From contig CAZJAJ010000001.1 of NCBI GenBank assembly GCA_964544335.1, positions 29,199 to 93,198 on the forward strand: 64,000 bases of DNA, written 5' to 3'. Within the stretch, counting starts at the first letter, position 1, and each line of letters begins with the position of its first letter. The DNA comes from an uncultured Methanosarcinales archaeon. GTDB lineage: Archaea > Nanobdellota > Nanobdellia > Woesearchaeales > JABIAG01. Made by a program: the position numbers and the translations under genes. Below, in pieces: positions 48,478-58,968 of the stretch. A model generated the notes under the pieces. The model was not told where the DNA came from. It saw only the letters and a list, made by a program, of their open reading frames with translations, and made no database searches.

Positions 48478-49056
48478 ATGAAGATCTATTCATGGCTTGT
48501 TGCACTGAGTTTATTACTGCTTATTGCAAACTTCACATTTGATAACACGCAAGTGCAAGATTTTCTCATAACCCATCACTCTAACTCTGATAATGCCATT
48601 GAAGAAAATAGAGCAATATTGAATTTTTTACAAACAGGCGAACTTACTGTAACTCTTACGGTTGAAGAATATGAACATATGCAAGATGTACGAAATGTGA
48701 AAAAGACATTTGCAATGATATCCATAGCCATTATTGTATGCACGCTCCTACTATACTGGTTTAAACGACCAGAGATTAATTTTACACCCGTGGTAAACGC
48801 TACTGCAATTATTATTGCGCTCATTGCAGTACTTCCGGGTAAAATATTTGAACTATTCCATGAAGTAGTATTTCATCAAGGTAACTACACCTTTGCAACA
48901 GATTCATTTCTAATAACGCTTTATCCAGGAGAATATTTCTTTGCACTTACCGCATGGATTTTAGGTGTAACATTATTACTCTTAATCAGCGTAGAATGTG
49001 CACGAAAGCATTACTGGCGACGTAATTTTCTAGTAAGACTATTTATCAAAGAATGA
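48478..49056 (+). CDS. membrane protein, hypothetical
   Basis: Four TM helices. Confidence 0.35.
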   Translation: MKIYSWLVALSLLLLIANFTFDNTQVQDFLITHHSNSDNAIEENRAILNFLQTGELTVTLTVEEYEHMQDVRNVKKTFAMISIAIIVCTLLLYWFKRPEINFTPVVNATAIIIALIAVLPGKIFELFHEVVFHQGNYTFATDSFLITLYPGEYFFALTAWILGVTLLLLISVECARKHYWRRNFLVRLFIKE

Positions 49057-49706
49057 GGCAAATCACTTTCTGAAACAAGCTTTGCTGCAGTATTACTTGC
49101 TTCTTCATCTTGCATACGCACAACGGCATTTACAAAAAGTTCAAATTGTGTGGTGATGTGCTTTTGAATGTGTGCTTCTGCATGTGCCAAATCAAGAAAA
49201 TAGTTTTTCTTTAGTTTTTTGAAGATACTTTCTTGTGCTTTCATATCTTTGACAATTCGATGAAATTCAGTTAAAGATAACACACGCTGTTCTTGTCTAT
49301 CCACTTCTTCCATCTTTTCATCAAGCTCTGCAAGTGTTTTAAGCGCAGTTGTTAATTGTTGTACATAGCGCTTAATTTCTTTTGCTTGCTTAATACGATC
49401 TTTTTGAGACATACCTGTTATTCCACGAACAGTTAATTTCTCTCCCCAGTTTAGTTTTGCATCTTCATGAAGGGTTTGATCAACTTGGCCAGGTATCTTT
49501 TCAAGAAGATATAACACCTGTTGAACTTCTTTTGGATCGTCTGCCTGAAATGTAGTCACGATTTGTCCTAGCTCTTTGGTTGTTCGAGTAAGATCTTTAT
49601 CTGCAGCGCTCAGTTCAGAGATGCCGCCATGGGCAGAAAATTGTGTTAAAGCAGCTGCAAGAAGAGATACTATTTTCTTCAAACGTCTTTTTCTAAATAA
49701 ACCCAT
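49011..49706 (-). CDS. hypothetical coiled-coil protein
   Basis: ORF. Confidence 0.3.
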   Translation of the reverse strand: MGLFRKRRLKKIVSLLAAALTQFSAHGGISELSAADKDLTRTTKELGQIVTTFQADDPKEVQQVLYLLEKIPGQVDQTLHEDAKLNWGEKLTVRGITGMSQKDRIKQAKEIKRYVQQLTTALKTLAELDEKMEEVDRQEQRVLSLTEFHRIVKDMKAQESIFKKLKKNYFLDLAHAEAHIQKHITTQFELFVNAVVRMQDEEASNTAAKLVSESDLPHSLINSLTRKLRRQ

Positions 49707-49783
49707 GGGTCATTACAAGAAATAATGCATTTAAATGTTTCGAATGAGAAGGCTTTTTATACTCTCTTTCATCAAAGAAATAC

Positions 49784-51823
49784 ATGTGCGGCATTATTGG
49801 CATTTTCAATAGTAAGAACGTTAGGAAGCAATTAGCTACTGCTCTTGAGGTGATGCAAGCACGAGGACAAGATGCATCCAAGGTTTACACAAAGGGATCA
49901 TGTGGTATTGGACATAACTTACATGCCATTGTCAATTACACACCACAGCCGCTTGATAATAGACTTGTTACGAATTGTGAAATATACAATTGGGAAGCAC
50001 TCAATAAGAAACACAACCTTAATGCAAAAAATGATGCAGATGCACTACTCAAGATCCTTGAAAAGAAAGGAACAAAAGGACTTGATGAAGCCGATGGAGT
50101 GTATGCACTCTGCTTATGGGATAAGGATACTGTAATTCTTGCACGAGATGTTCTTGGAGTAAAGCCATTATGGTATACACATAGCGATGTGTTTGCGTGT
50201 GCATCTGAAAAGAAGGCACTTGAAGCAGCAGGCTTTCTTGACATTCATGAATTAAACCCAAGAATGATTTTGACCTACAACGTCAAAACAAATGAGATCA
50301 CACTCAAAGAACGATCCTTCTTTACACTTGAAAAGACACACAAAGATAAAAAGAAAACAAAAGAGCTTCTTGAAGCTGCGATCAAAAAGAGAATTCCAAA
50401 AGGACAAAAAATTGGACTCTTATTTTCAGGCGGTGTTGATTCTACGTACATTGCAACGATTCTAAAAAATATGAACATTCCATTTACCTGCTACACGGCA
50501 GGAATCAAAGAAGAAGGGATGAAAGAAGCAGATGATGTGGTGTATGCAAAAAAAGCTGCAGAATTACTTGATCTTCATCTCAAAATTTCATCAATCCCCA
50601 TTAGCAAAGTGCCAACGTATCTAAAAACCATTGTTCCACTCATTGAAGATTCTAATGTGGTAAAGGTTGGTGTTGCACTGCCGTTTTATGTGGCATGTGA
50701 AGAGGCAAAAAAAGATGGTGTGCGGGTGATGTTTTCCGGCCTTGGCTCTGAAGAAATATTTGCGGGGTATGAGCGGCACATCAAATCATCAGACATTAAT
50801 GAAGAGTGTTTATTTGGATTAAAACAAATGTATCAACGAGATCTGTATCGGGACGATGTGCTTACGATGCACCACTCTATTGAACTACGATTGCCATTTC
50901 TTGACAAGGCACTCGTGCAAACTGCACTTAATCTTGATCCAAAATTAAAAATCACCAAAGAAAATAATAAAGCAATTCTTAGAACCATTGCACAAGAAGC
51001 AGGAACTCCAGAGATTATTGCACAACGAAAAAAGAAAGCGGCGCAGTATGGGTCTAAGTTTGATAAGGCGCTTGCAAAGCTGGCAAAGAAAAAAGGACTC
51101 ACCAAATCTGCGTATCTGCGAACCTTCTACCCAAAAGCAAATTTGCGTGTGGGTGCACTGTTTTCATCAGGAAAGGATTCAACGTATGCACTCTATATTA
51201 TGCAGAAGATGAATTATGAAGTTTCATGTTTAATTACACTTGAGTCTAAGAACTCATCTAGTTACATGTTCCACACACCAAATATTGAACTTACCAAATT
51301 ACAATCACAAGCACTTGGCATTCCACGCATGGTGCAAACAACAGAAGGAAAAAAGGAAGAAGAGCTTGCAGATCTTGAAGCTGCTATTAGAGAAGCAAAA
51401 AAGAAGTATAAGCTGGATGCTATTGTGACGGGTGCTATTTTTTCAACATACCAGAGAAATAGGATTGAAACTATTTGTGACAAGTTAGGATTAAGTGTCT
51501 TTGCACCGTTGTGGCATAAAAACCAGGAAGAGGAAATGCGAGAACTTATTTCTGCTGGGTTTGAAGTGATGCTCTCATCCATTGCTGCATATGGACTTAC
51601 AAAAGAGTGGCTTGGAAAGGTACTTACACTCAACGATGTGGACAAACTTGCACAACTTGAGAAAAAATACAAGATCAATGTTGCAGGCGAGGGAGGAGAA
51701 TTTGAATCCCTGGTCATCAACGGACCTAATTTTTCAAAGAAAATAGACATTACCAAATCAAAGGTAGTGATGGAAGATGAAAATACAGGAAATTTCATCA
51801 TAGAGGAGGCACAGTTAGTATGA
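49784..51823 (+). CDS. asnB: asparagine synthetase (glutamine-hydrolysing) fused to a C-terminal DUF71/MJ0570 (Dph6-like) PP-loop ATPase domain
   Basis: N-terminal MCGIIGIF (Ntn amidotransferase); SGGVDS PP-loop; second PP-loop domain ALFSSGKDSTYALYIM...AIVTGAIFSTYQRNRIE resembling diphthine-ammonia ligase/MJ0570. Confidence 0.75.
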   Translation: MCGIIGIFNSKNVRKQLATALEVMQARGQDASKVYTKGSCGIGHNLHAIVNYTPQPLDNRLVTNCEIYNWEALNKKHNLNAKNDADALLKILEKKGTKGLDEADGVYALCLWDKDTVILARDVLGVKPLWYTHSDVFACASEKKALEAAGFLDIHELNPRMILTYNVKTNEITLKERSFFTLEKTHKDKKKTKELLEAAIKKRIPKGQKIGLLFSGGVDSTYIATILKNMNIPFTCYTAGIKEEGMKEADDVVYAKKAAELLDLHLKISSIPISKVPTYLKTIVPLIEDSNVVKVGVALPFYVACEEAKKDGVRVMFSGLGSEEIFAGYERHIKSSDINEECLFGLKQMYQRDLYRDDVLTMHHSIELRLPFLDKALVQTALNLDPKLKITKENNKAILRTIAQEAGTPEIIAQRKKKAAQYGSKFDKALAKLAKKKGLTKSAYLRTFYPKANLRVGALFSSGKDSTYALYIMQKMNYEVSCLITLESKNSSSYMFHTPNIELTKLQSQALGIPRMVQTTEGKKEEELADLEAAIREAKKKYKLDAIVTGAIFSTYQRNRIETICDKLGLSVFAPLWHKNQEEEMRELISAGFEVMLSSIAAYGLTKEWLGKVLTLNDVDKLAQLEKKYKINVAGEGGEFESLVINGPNFSKKIDITKSKVVMEDENTGNFIIEEAQLV

Positions 51824-52005
51824 ATGATCACTTTGAACACCTTCTGGCACGTAAGGATCAGCAGATTGCAGAGCTTGAAGAGAAAAACGACACCCTTCTT
51901 GGTACAATATTTAAAAAAGAACAAGAAAACGCTGAATTAAAGCGTAAATTAGAGGATTTACAGCGGGCTTTTCTGAGATCTGAAGACCACATAGAGCGCC
52001 AATAG
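51820..52005 (+). CDS. small coiled-coil protein
   Basis: ORF; ATGA overlap with asnB. Confidence 0.25.
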   Translation: MNDHFEHLLARKDQQIAELEEKNDTLLGTIFKKEQENAELKRKLEDLQRAFLRSEDHIERQ

Positions 52006-52043
52006 GATAAATCGTTATAAATAGAATTTTACTTCCTTTATCA

Positions 52044-52532
52044 ATGCGAAGGCTCAATTTATATCAAACAATAGATATTCTTTCACGAAATGGTTTTGAC
52101 CATAGTGATGTAGGACAAATATATGTAGCTGGTGTAGATGCTGCACACGATAGTTTTCTTTCAAAAAAATGTCCACACGGATTTGAATCAGGCGATTCAC
52201 TACTTCGAAGAACAGCACGAGAATTTCAAAGAAATGTGAGAGGGTACTTTTACGAGGTTAGAACTCAATGTGTTATTAAGAAAAAAGAACGAGCAGAAAT
52301 CATACTATCTATTCCAGAAATATTCCCCTTCATTACTGAATCAGATGATGAAGTGTTTATTGAAGGTACACTAAGAGATTTGCTTTCTGAAAATAATCCT
52401 GAAGTTATGGAATGTATTGGTTGTCGGATTACTGAGGGTGCAAAAGAATATGCTGATGTAACAAGAAGAACGGATCACTATATTAGAGAATATGAAGCTA
52501 TTCATAATGCATTACGGAAGGAACAACAATGA
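52044..52532 (+). CDS. hypothetical protein
   Basis: ORF; ATGA overlap with the downstream PhoH2 gene. Confidence 0.3.
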   Translation: MRRLNLYQTIDILSRNGFDHSDVGQIYVAGVDAAHDSFLSKKCPHGFESGDSLLRRTAREFQRNVRGYFYEVRTQCVIKKKERAEIILSIPEIFPFITESDDEVFIEGTLRDLLSENNPEVMECIGCRITEGAKEYADVTRRTDHYIREYEAIHNALRKEQQ

Positions 52533-53968
52533 CCACTTTTGAGAAGGAGCAATATTTTGTTCCAGATACAAATATTTTTCTTTCAGACCCTACTGCAATA
52601 GATCAATTTAAACCACAGGATAAGAATATAAGAAATACAGTTGTACTTCCGATGCAAGTTATTGCAGAAATTGATGAGAAGAAAAATGAAAGCCACAGTG
52701 ATCGAGGATTTGCTGCACGAGAAACATTAAGACTTCTTAAAGAAAGAATAAGAGAATCGGGATCTAATTTACTTCAAGGAGTTGATTTAGAACCAAATTA
52801 CAGAATAATTGCTTCTACAAACCTTTCACAAGGAACAGATGTAATAGATGCACACGATAACACGCCAGATAGTAGAATCATACAAGTCGTCAGTGATTTG
52901 CAAAGAGCGGGACATAAAACAACTTTTGTAACCAATGATACTGGTGCATATGTTATTGCAAATGCACTAGGTCTTCACACTGAATCATGGAGAGAAAAAG
53001 AAGTAGAAGCTACTGTAGAACCCTACAAAGGTTGGAGAGCATTAGAAATTGATCCTAATTTATTCTTTGATAAAGTACACCACAATCGTGGAGAAGTTGA
53101 AGTAAAACATCTTCCTATGGACGGATTAGAAGGACTACTTCCTAATGAGTTCGTTATTTTCACAGGAAATAGAGTTGAAACAACAGCACTACGGCACATA
53201 GATGGAAGACTTCACCGACTTTATCACTATGAAGGGAGACAATCTAAAGTAAAAGCAAAAAATGTACTTCAACAATGTTACATGGATGTGCTAAGAGATG
53301 AAGATATTGATGTGGTATTTTGTATGGGTGAGGCAGGAACAGCTAAAACATACCTTGCTACAGATGCTGCAATTGAACTCTGTTTTACTGATGAAGTTGC
53401 ACGAAATGCAGGTAAAAGACCAATTGCACACCATACCGGAGATGAATTAAGAGAATTTGCTAAACTACTTATCACAAGACCTGCTGTAAATGAAAATAAT
53501 AGAGATGTAGTAGATCTTGGTGCAATTCCTGGTGACCTCACAGATAAAATGATGCCGTGGGTTGCACCCATTTATGATCAAATTGAACAACTTGCGGAAA
53601 CATATAAGATTGATGCTGATATGATTGAGGATTTAAAAAAAGAAGGGCTACTTGAAATTCTTGTTACTACTCATATGCGTGGTAGAAGTCTTACAAATGC
53701 ATATTGGGTCTTAGACGAAGGACAAAATACATCTTTTTTCCAGCTAAGAACTGCAATGACACGTGTTGGTGAAGGGACAAAAATGGTTCTTACTGGAGAT
53801 CCAAAACAATGTGATCTTAAAGGAATTGCTGATCGCAAAAATAATAGTCTTGTTATTGCAAACGAACGATGGAAATCATACAAAGGTGCAGCAACCATAT
53901 ACTTCCAAGGAAGTGAGTATGTTGTACGTTCAAGACTTGCACAAGAAGCAGTTAATCGTATGCAATAA
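52529..53968 (+). CDS. PhoH2: PIN-domain plus PhoH-like ATPase
   Basis: N-terminal PIN (FVPDTNIFL...VVLPMQVIAEID) and Walker A FCMGEAGTAKTYLA. Confidence 0.8.
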   Translation: MTTFEKEQYFVPDTNIFLSDPTAIDQFKPQDKNIRNTVVLPMQVIAEIDEKKNESHSDRGFAARETLRLLKERIRESGSNLLQGVDLEPNYRIIASTNLSQGTDVIDAHDNTPDSRIIQVVSDLQRAGHKTTFVTNDTGAYVIANALGLHTESWREKEVEATVEPYKGWRALEIDPNLFFDKVHHNRGEVEVKHLPMDGLEGLLPNEFVIFTGNRVETTALRHIDGRLHRLYHYEGRQSKVKAKNVLQQCYMDVLRDEDIDVVFCMGEAGTAKTYLATDAAIELCFTDEVARNAGKRPIAHHTGDELREFAKLLITRPAVNENNRDVVDLGAIPGDLTDKMMPWVAPIYDQIEQLAETYKIDADMIEDLKKEGLLEILVTTHMRGRSLTNAYWVLDEGQNTSFFQLRTAMTRVGEGTKMVLTGDPKQCDLKGIADRKNNSLVIANERWKSYKGAATIYFQGSEYVVRSRLAQEAVNRMQ

Positions 53969-54017
53969 TTCTTTTTTTTTACAAATATTTTTTAGAAATA
54001 AAAGAAGTAATCTAACT

Positions 54018-54539
54018 CTACTTACTTTTTACTTTAGCCTTCACGGCTTTTTCAGAAATGATTGCGCTGTTACCCGTTGGGTCTTCGATGATCAGTTTTG
54101 CTTTTTCTTGACCCCACATGATTTTTTGCAGTTTTTTGAGCATGTTTTTAATTTTCTTTTTCTTATCGTTATCTTCTTCACTCTCTCTTGCGTTTTCAAG
54201 CGTGTCTTTGAAACGATTAAGGATACCTTCAACATTGGTCACATATCCATTTGATGCAGGACCTGGATCAAGAGTAATCATGTGTGGTATTTTAACGGTT
54301 GCTTCAGAACTTCGAACAACACGAACAGTTAAATCTTCTTCTGATTCAATTTCAAGTGTGTACTTAGCACCTTCTTTTTCTTCTAGTGCTTCTACATCAG
54401 ATTTCTTAAATCCGCAGTCGGTGCAGTGCATGCCAAATACTGCAACATGTCCAAAATAGGGGATTTCCTGTTCTCCTTCAGAGAGGGTACAGGTGTTTTT
54501 TCCGCAAATAGGGCATGGTTGATTTTCAAGTGTATCCAT
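54018..54539 (-). CDS. ZPR1-type zinc finger protein
   Basis: CPICGKN...IPYFG...CTDCGFKKSDV then the beta-domain ...TVKIPHMITLDPG...GYVTNVEGIL. Confidence 0.7.
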   Translation of the reverse strand: MDTLENQPCPICGKNTCTLSEGEQEIPYFGHVAVFGMHCTDCGFKKSDVEALEEKEGAKYTLEIESEEDLTVRVVRSSEATVKIPHMITLDPGPASNGYVTNVEGILNRFKDTLENARESEEDNDKKKKIKNMLKKLQKIMWGQEKAKLIIEDPTGNSAIISEKAVKAKVKSK

Positions 54540-54594
54540 ATCTTACTTGAACATAAATTTGTTTAAAAAGATTTCTAAATGTATTCCAGAAAGG

Positions 54595-54972
54595 CTATTT
54601 TCTCGTCGATTTAGTTGTCGATTTCTTTGCTGCCTTCTTCTTTCTATACCGATCATCTACGTGATTGAGCTGAGTAAAGAGCATGTAAATTATAAGGATG
54701 ATCATCATGAGTTCAAAGACTGCGTTAAACCATCGCGGAACCATTTGTTCGGTAATGATATTAAAGAATTTCATGGCAGTAATAAGAGACTCAAGTAAGA
54801 ATATTCCAATAACAGCACAAAGATAATACCATGGGTCTAGATAGATGCTTTTGTGCACATCCTTCATTCTAACCAGTTTAATGATAAGATAGAATGCTAC
54901 AAGAACAAGTGCAATGTTATAGATTGGAGCAATTTGTCCAACGCATGTTGTTGCGCTACATGCTAAGACCAT
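54595..54972 (-). CDS. membrane protein, hypothetical
   Basis: Four TM helices. Confidence 0.3.
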   Translation of the reverse strand: MVLACSATTCVGQIAPIYNIALVLVAFYLIIKLVRMKDVHKSIYLDPWYYLCAVIGIFLLESLITAMKFFNIITEQMVPRWFNAVFELMMIILIIYMLFTQLNHVDDRYRKKKAAKKSTTKSTRK

Positions 54973-55271
54973 TGTTTCTCCTTGACCACTTCAATTTGAC
55001 GCAAGATTGCACCAATCAAAAAGGCCATAATAAAACTTGGAATAATATGACGGAGATAGTTAATACTTCGCATGATGTTAAACGCATCAAGCACACCCAC
55101 TATTTCAACTACTGCAAATAGGATGAGTGCGATGATCATCAGTTTCCATGCACGAAGTTCTTTATTTCTGTGGCTTACTTTGTAGAGCGATGATGCAATG
55201 ATTCCTGCTGCAATTGAAAGAAAGACTACTGTGAGTTGTAGTACACCAATGTAGAACAGCGTATCTGCCAT
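54963..55271 (-). CDS. membrane protein, hypothetical
   Basis: Three TM helices. Confidence 0.3.
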   Translation of the reverse strand: MADTLFYIGVLQLTVVFLSIAAGIIASSLYKVSHRNKELRAWKLMIIALILFAVVEIVGVLDAFNIMRSINYLRHIIPSFIMAFLIGAILRQIEVVKEKQWS

Positions 55272-55346
55272 GCATAAATTACACGAAAACTCCTATTTAA
55301 ATGCTTCGTTCGAAGGTTTTATAACACCTACCACAACAACACTCAC

Positions 55347-55805
55347 ATGGAATATGAAGATGCAGATCTCTACAACACATTAAGAACTGAGGAACAACTG
55401 GCAAAAACACGAATCCTCAGAAGAGAGCTTGGTGATCACAAGACCCTTGATGTAGGGTGTGGCACAGGTATTAGTTCTTCACTCTTCTCAGATGTGGTGG
55501 GTATTGACCCAAAGCAAACGCTGCTTGATGCAAATCCATATCCTCATGTGCGTGCAAGTGCTGAAGAGATTCCATTTGGAGATAACGAATTTGAAGTAGT
55601 TATTGCTGTAACATCCATTCATAATTTTAGTGATATCAAAAAAGGACTTGATGAAATGAAACGAGTAGGGAAGAGATTTGGTTTCTCGCTACTTAATGCA
55701 AGTAAAAGAACAAAAGAATGCATTTCCATGATACAAGAACGCTTTATTGTTGATAAAATCATTGATGAGCAGACTGATACTATCATTATCTGCCATAAAG
55801 AATAG
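55347..55805 (+). CDS. class I SAM-dependent methyltransferase
   Basis: LDVGCGTGI motif I; acidic motif II. Confidence 0.65.
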   Translation: MEYEDADLYNTLRTEEQLAKTRILRRELGDHKTLDVGCGTGISSSLFSDVVGIDPKQTLLDANPYPHVRASAEEIPFGDNEFEVVIAVTSIHNFSDIKKGLDEMKRVGKRFGFSLLNASKRTKECISMIQERFIVDKIIDEQTDTIIICHKE

Positions 55806-55806
55806 T

Positions 55807-57717
55807 CTAGTGCACACTACTGCCATCTGGCACATCAAGTGTGATTGGTTTTCCTTTAATGAGTACAAGATTGCCATCTGCATGCAGTTGTTTACCAGTA
55901 ATTTCTAACTTTACTTTCATGAAGTCATCAAAGAGTATGCGTGATGTTTTTGGTTTTAAGCCTTCAGGAACTGCGTGATCTCCAGGTTTTGCATCAGGTG
56001 CTTCTACAACTACTATGTCCTCACCATGATCTGCTGCAAGAAGCATCCCAAAGCTCTCAACACCGCGAAGTTTTGCTTTTTTAAGATTGCACACGACAAG
56101 CACGTGTTTTCCAATAAGTTCTTCTGGTGTGTAGTATGGCGCAATTCCTGAAACAATTTGACGTTGTTCTGTGCCAAGGTCCACTTGTTCTTTGTAGAGT
56201 TTATCTGCACCTTCAATTTTTTCAACTGCAGTTATTTTTCCTACACGCAAATCAAGAGTGAACTCTTCTTCAATAGTTTCTTCAATTCGCGGGAAAAGAA
56301 TTGGTGACTTTTCAAGTTCATAGAACTCTTCTCCATATTTCCACTCATCAACGGGTGTAATGCGAACGCCAAGGGCAGCTGCAATCTTTTTTGTTGCATC
56401 AGGAATGCAGGGATGGAGTAAAATGATGAGTAATCGAATGTGTTCTAGTACATTATAGAGCACCGTATCTCGTCCTTGTTCGTTTTTCCAAGGTTCTTTT
56501 TCATTCAAGTATGCATTAATTCTATTGGAATATTTGCTGAGCTCTTCTAGCACACGATGATAGGCATATTGATCATAGAGTGATTTAATATGTTCTACAT
56601 CTATACTGATCTCTGATTCACCTGATGGATTTACAACACCACCATAGTATTTTGTGGAAAGTACGGTGATTCGATTCACTAAATTTCCAATATCATTTGC
56701 AAGATCTGCATTATACATCGCAATAAGATCTGATTCGTTAAATTTACCATCATCTCCATGTGTTACACTTTTGAGCAAATAGTACCGTAGAGCATCAACA
56801 CCATATTTTTCTAGCAGTTCTATAGGATCAACACCATTCCCTTTGCTTTTACTCATTTTTTGCCCGTTTTTATCATTGATAAATCCGTGTACAAAGAGTT
56901 TTTTGGGAAGATCATACCCTGCTGAAAGAAGCATTGCGGGCCAGATCACTGCATGAAACCACTGGATGTCTTTACCAACTACGTGAAGATCACAGGGCCA
57001 AAAACCATCTTTTCCTGCTGTGAGATAATTATTCAGTGCATCAAACCACACATAGAGAATGTGTTTGTTATCGCCAACAAATTCAATACCCCAAGGTAAG
57101 CGTTCACGAAGACGAGTAATACTTAAATCATGAAGTGGCTCTTTGAGTCTTGAAAGTAATTCATTTCTTCGTGATTCTGGGATGACATACCCATTTTTGA
57201 TAAACTCAATAATTTGCTCTTGATATTTGGATTGTTTAAAGAAATACGATTCTTCTATGCGTAGTTGTACTTCACGATGACATTCTGGACACATTTCATT
57301 GTCAAGTTCTTTTTCTGTCCAGAATCGTTCACAAGGAACACAATACCATCCCGTGTATTCTCCTTTATAGATATCTCCCCTATCAAGAACCACTTGTGTA
57401 AATTGTTTTACGTGGTCAATGTGATCTTTGACCGTAGTTCGAACAAATCGATCATAGGAGATGGATAGTTTTTTTGCAAATTCGATAAAGATATGTGCTT
57501 GCTCATTCACAAAGTCTTGTGGAGATTTGCCCTCATCACATGCTTTGTCATAAATTTTCTGACCATGTTCATCAAGGCCGGTTGTAAAGAGTACTTCTTT
57601 ACCCAGTAGTCGTTCCCAACGCGCTCTCACATCTGCTAGAATCTTTTCATATGCATGACCAATGTGTGGTTTTGCATTGGGATAGTCAATTGCCGTGGTA
57701 ACAAAGTAAGTTTTCAT
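55807..57717 (-). CDS. metG: methionyl-tRNA synthetase with C-terminal tRNA-binding domain
   Basis: HIGHAYEKI, CPECH zinc knuckle, KMSKS, C-terminal EMAP-like domain (LDLRVGKI...). Confidence 0.95.
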   Translation of the reverse strand: MKTYFVTTAIDYPNAKPHIGHAYEKILADVRARWERLLGKEVLFTTGLDEHGQKIYDKACDEGKSPQDFVNEQAHIFIEFAKKLSISYDRFVRTTVKDHIDHVKQFTQVVLDRGDIYKGEYTGWYCVPCERFWTEKELDNEMCPECHREVQLRIEESYFFKQSKYQEQIIEFIKNGYVIPESRRNELLSRLKEPLHDLSITRLRERLPWGIEFVGDNKHILYVWFDALNNYLTAGKDGFWPCDLHVVGKDIQWFHAVIWPAMLLSAGYDLPKKLFVHGFINDKNGQKMSKSKGNGVDPIELLEKYGVDALRYYLLKSVTHGDDGKFNESDLIAMYNADLANDIGNLVNRITVLSTKYYGGVVNPSGESEISIDVEHIKSLYDQYAYHRVLEELSKYSNRINAYLNEKEPWKNEQGRDTVLYNVLEHIRLLIILLHPCIPDATKKIAAALGVRITPVDEWKYGEEFYELEKSPILFPRIEETIEEEFTLDLRVGKITAVEKIEGADKLYKEQVDLGTEQRQIVSGIAPYYTPEELIGKHVLVVCNLKKAKLRGVESFGMLLAADHGEDIVVVEAPDAKPGDHAVPEGLKPKTSRILFDDFMKVKLEITGKQLHADGNLVLIKGKPITLDVPDGSSVH

Positions 57718-57752
57718 AGGATCAAAAAAAGAGAAATAGTTTATAAAGGTTC

Positions 57753-58184
57753 TTAGGTGTTTAAGGAAAGTACTTGACCTGCGATCAGAATTTCACAAAT
57801 GCCATCTTCTCCATCTGCATGTAATAGGTCTGCTTCAAAAACATGAATACGAATATTTTGGACAACATCATTTGATCCTTCTTTAATCCATGCCGTTTCA
57901 CCATTTACTTTAATGCCACAGGTGTCTGCTTCTCTATTTACACCCACAAGAGAAATGGTAGTTATGCCGCCTTTTTTAGGTTCTGCTGCTTCTTCTGCTT
58001 GTTCTTGTTGCTTTAATTCTTCTACTTCTGCCTTTTCAGCAGAGGATGGGAAGAGTGGTTTTGCGGTAAGATCTGATGCAGAAGGTGGTTCATAATCAAT
58101 TAAACCAGACTGACCAGTAAAACTACAACCGGCACAGATAAACACTGCGTAGATACACACGATGAGAATGGAGAGTCTACCCAT
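57753..58184 (-). CDS. secreted lipoprotein, hypothetical
   Basis: Lipobox FICAGCSF. Confidence 0.4.
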   Translation of the reverse strand: MGRLSILIVCIYAVFICAGCSFTGQSGLIDYEPPSASDLTAKPLFPSSAEKAEVEELKQQEQAEEAAEPKKGGITTISLVGVNREADTCGIKVNGETAWIKEGSNDVVQNIRIHVFEADLLHADGEDGICEILIAGQVLSLNT

Positions 58185-58244
58185 ACATGAATAAAAAGAA
58201 AAGTCAAAGATAAATGTTTCGTTTATGTAGCAGTAAAATCACCA

Positions 58245-58661
58245 TTATTTCATCTTTTTGGTGATAGCAAGCTTTTCATTACAGGATTCACAGTGAAAAA
58301 CCACTGCTTTTGCTGCTTTCTTCTTTTGTTCTTCTTCATCAAAGATTTGAACTGATTTTCGCTTAAAAGGAACAGCAACTTCACCTTCGTGAGCACATTT
58401 TGGACAAACGTATTGAATTTCACACTCAAGGGTGTCTTCATATGCCTCTTTTTCAACATTGTGTTTACATTCAGGACATTCGTATTCTTTTGAACGAATT
58501 TTTGGCTTGCCAGTTTTTTCATCAAGCGGTTTGCCCATCTTTGCCTTGCCACATTCGGGACAAGGTTGTTTGTATACCCAGGCAATAATTTTGCCTTTTT
58601 CGCCTACTGCTCGTCTTGTCATGTATACAAGATCATCCATTGATTCAGGAAAAGTAACCAT
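58245..58661 (-). CDS. multi-CxxC zinc-ribbon protein
   Basis: Four CxxC pairs (CPECG, CPECK, CPKCA, CESCN). Confidence 0.4.
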   Translation of the reverse strand: MVTFPESMDDLVYMTRRAVGEKGKIIAWVYKQPCPECGKAKMGKPLDEKTGKPKIRSKEYECPECKHNVEKEAYEDTLECEIQYVCPKCAHEGEVAVPFKRKSVQIFDEEEQKKKAAKAVVFHCESCNEKLAITKKMK

Positions 58662-58746
58662 ACCCTATCGTTTAGAAGAATTCTTTAAAAAAGTTTTCAT
58701 GGACATTAAAAAGGAATAGAAGAAGAAGAAGAAAAATCAAAAAAAT

Positions 58747-58968
58747 CTATTCAGAGGTACTATTCTCTTCGCTTGCAGGAAGCCAGTCTAATGCAATGGC
58801 ATGACCAACTAACGCCTTCCCATTACCAAACAGGTTTCCTACCCATGATGAGAATTTAAATAAAAATGTACTTTGATCTGATTTATTGTCTAGATCAAGA
58901 TCATTTGTTTTTACGATTAAAAAACTTCCAATGACAAGGAAGATTAGGATTATTACCCACAGTTTCAT
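58747..58968 (-). CDS. small membrane protein
   Basis: N-terminal TM. Confidence 0.25.
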   Translation of the reverse strand: MKLWVIILIFLVIGSFLIVKTNDLDLDNKSDQSTFLFKFSSWVGNLFGNGKALVGHAIALDWLPASEENSTSE

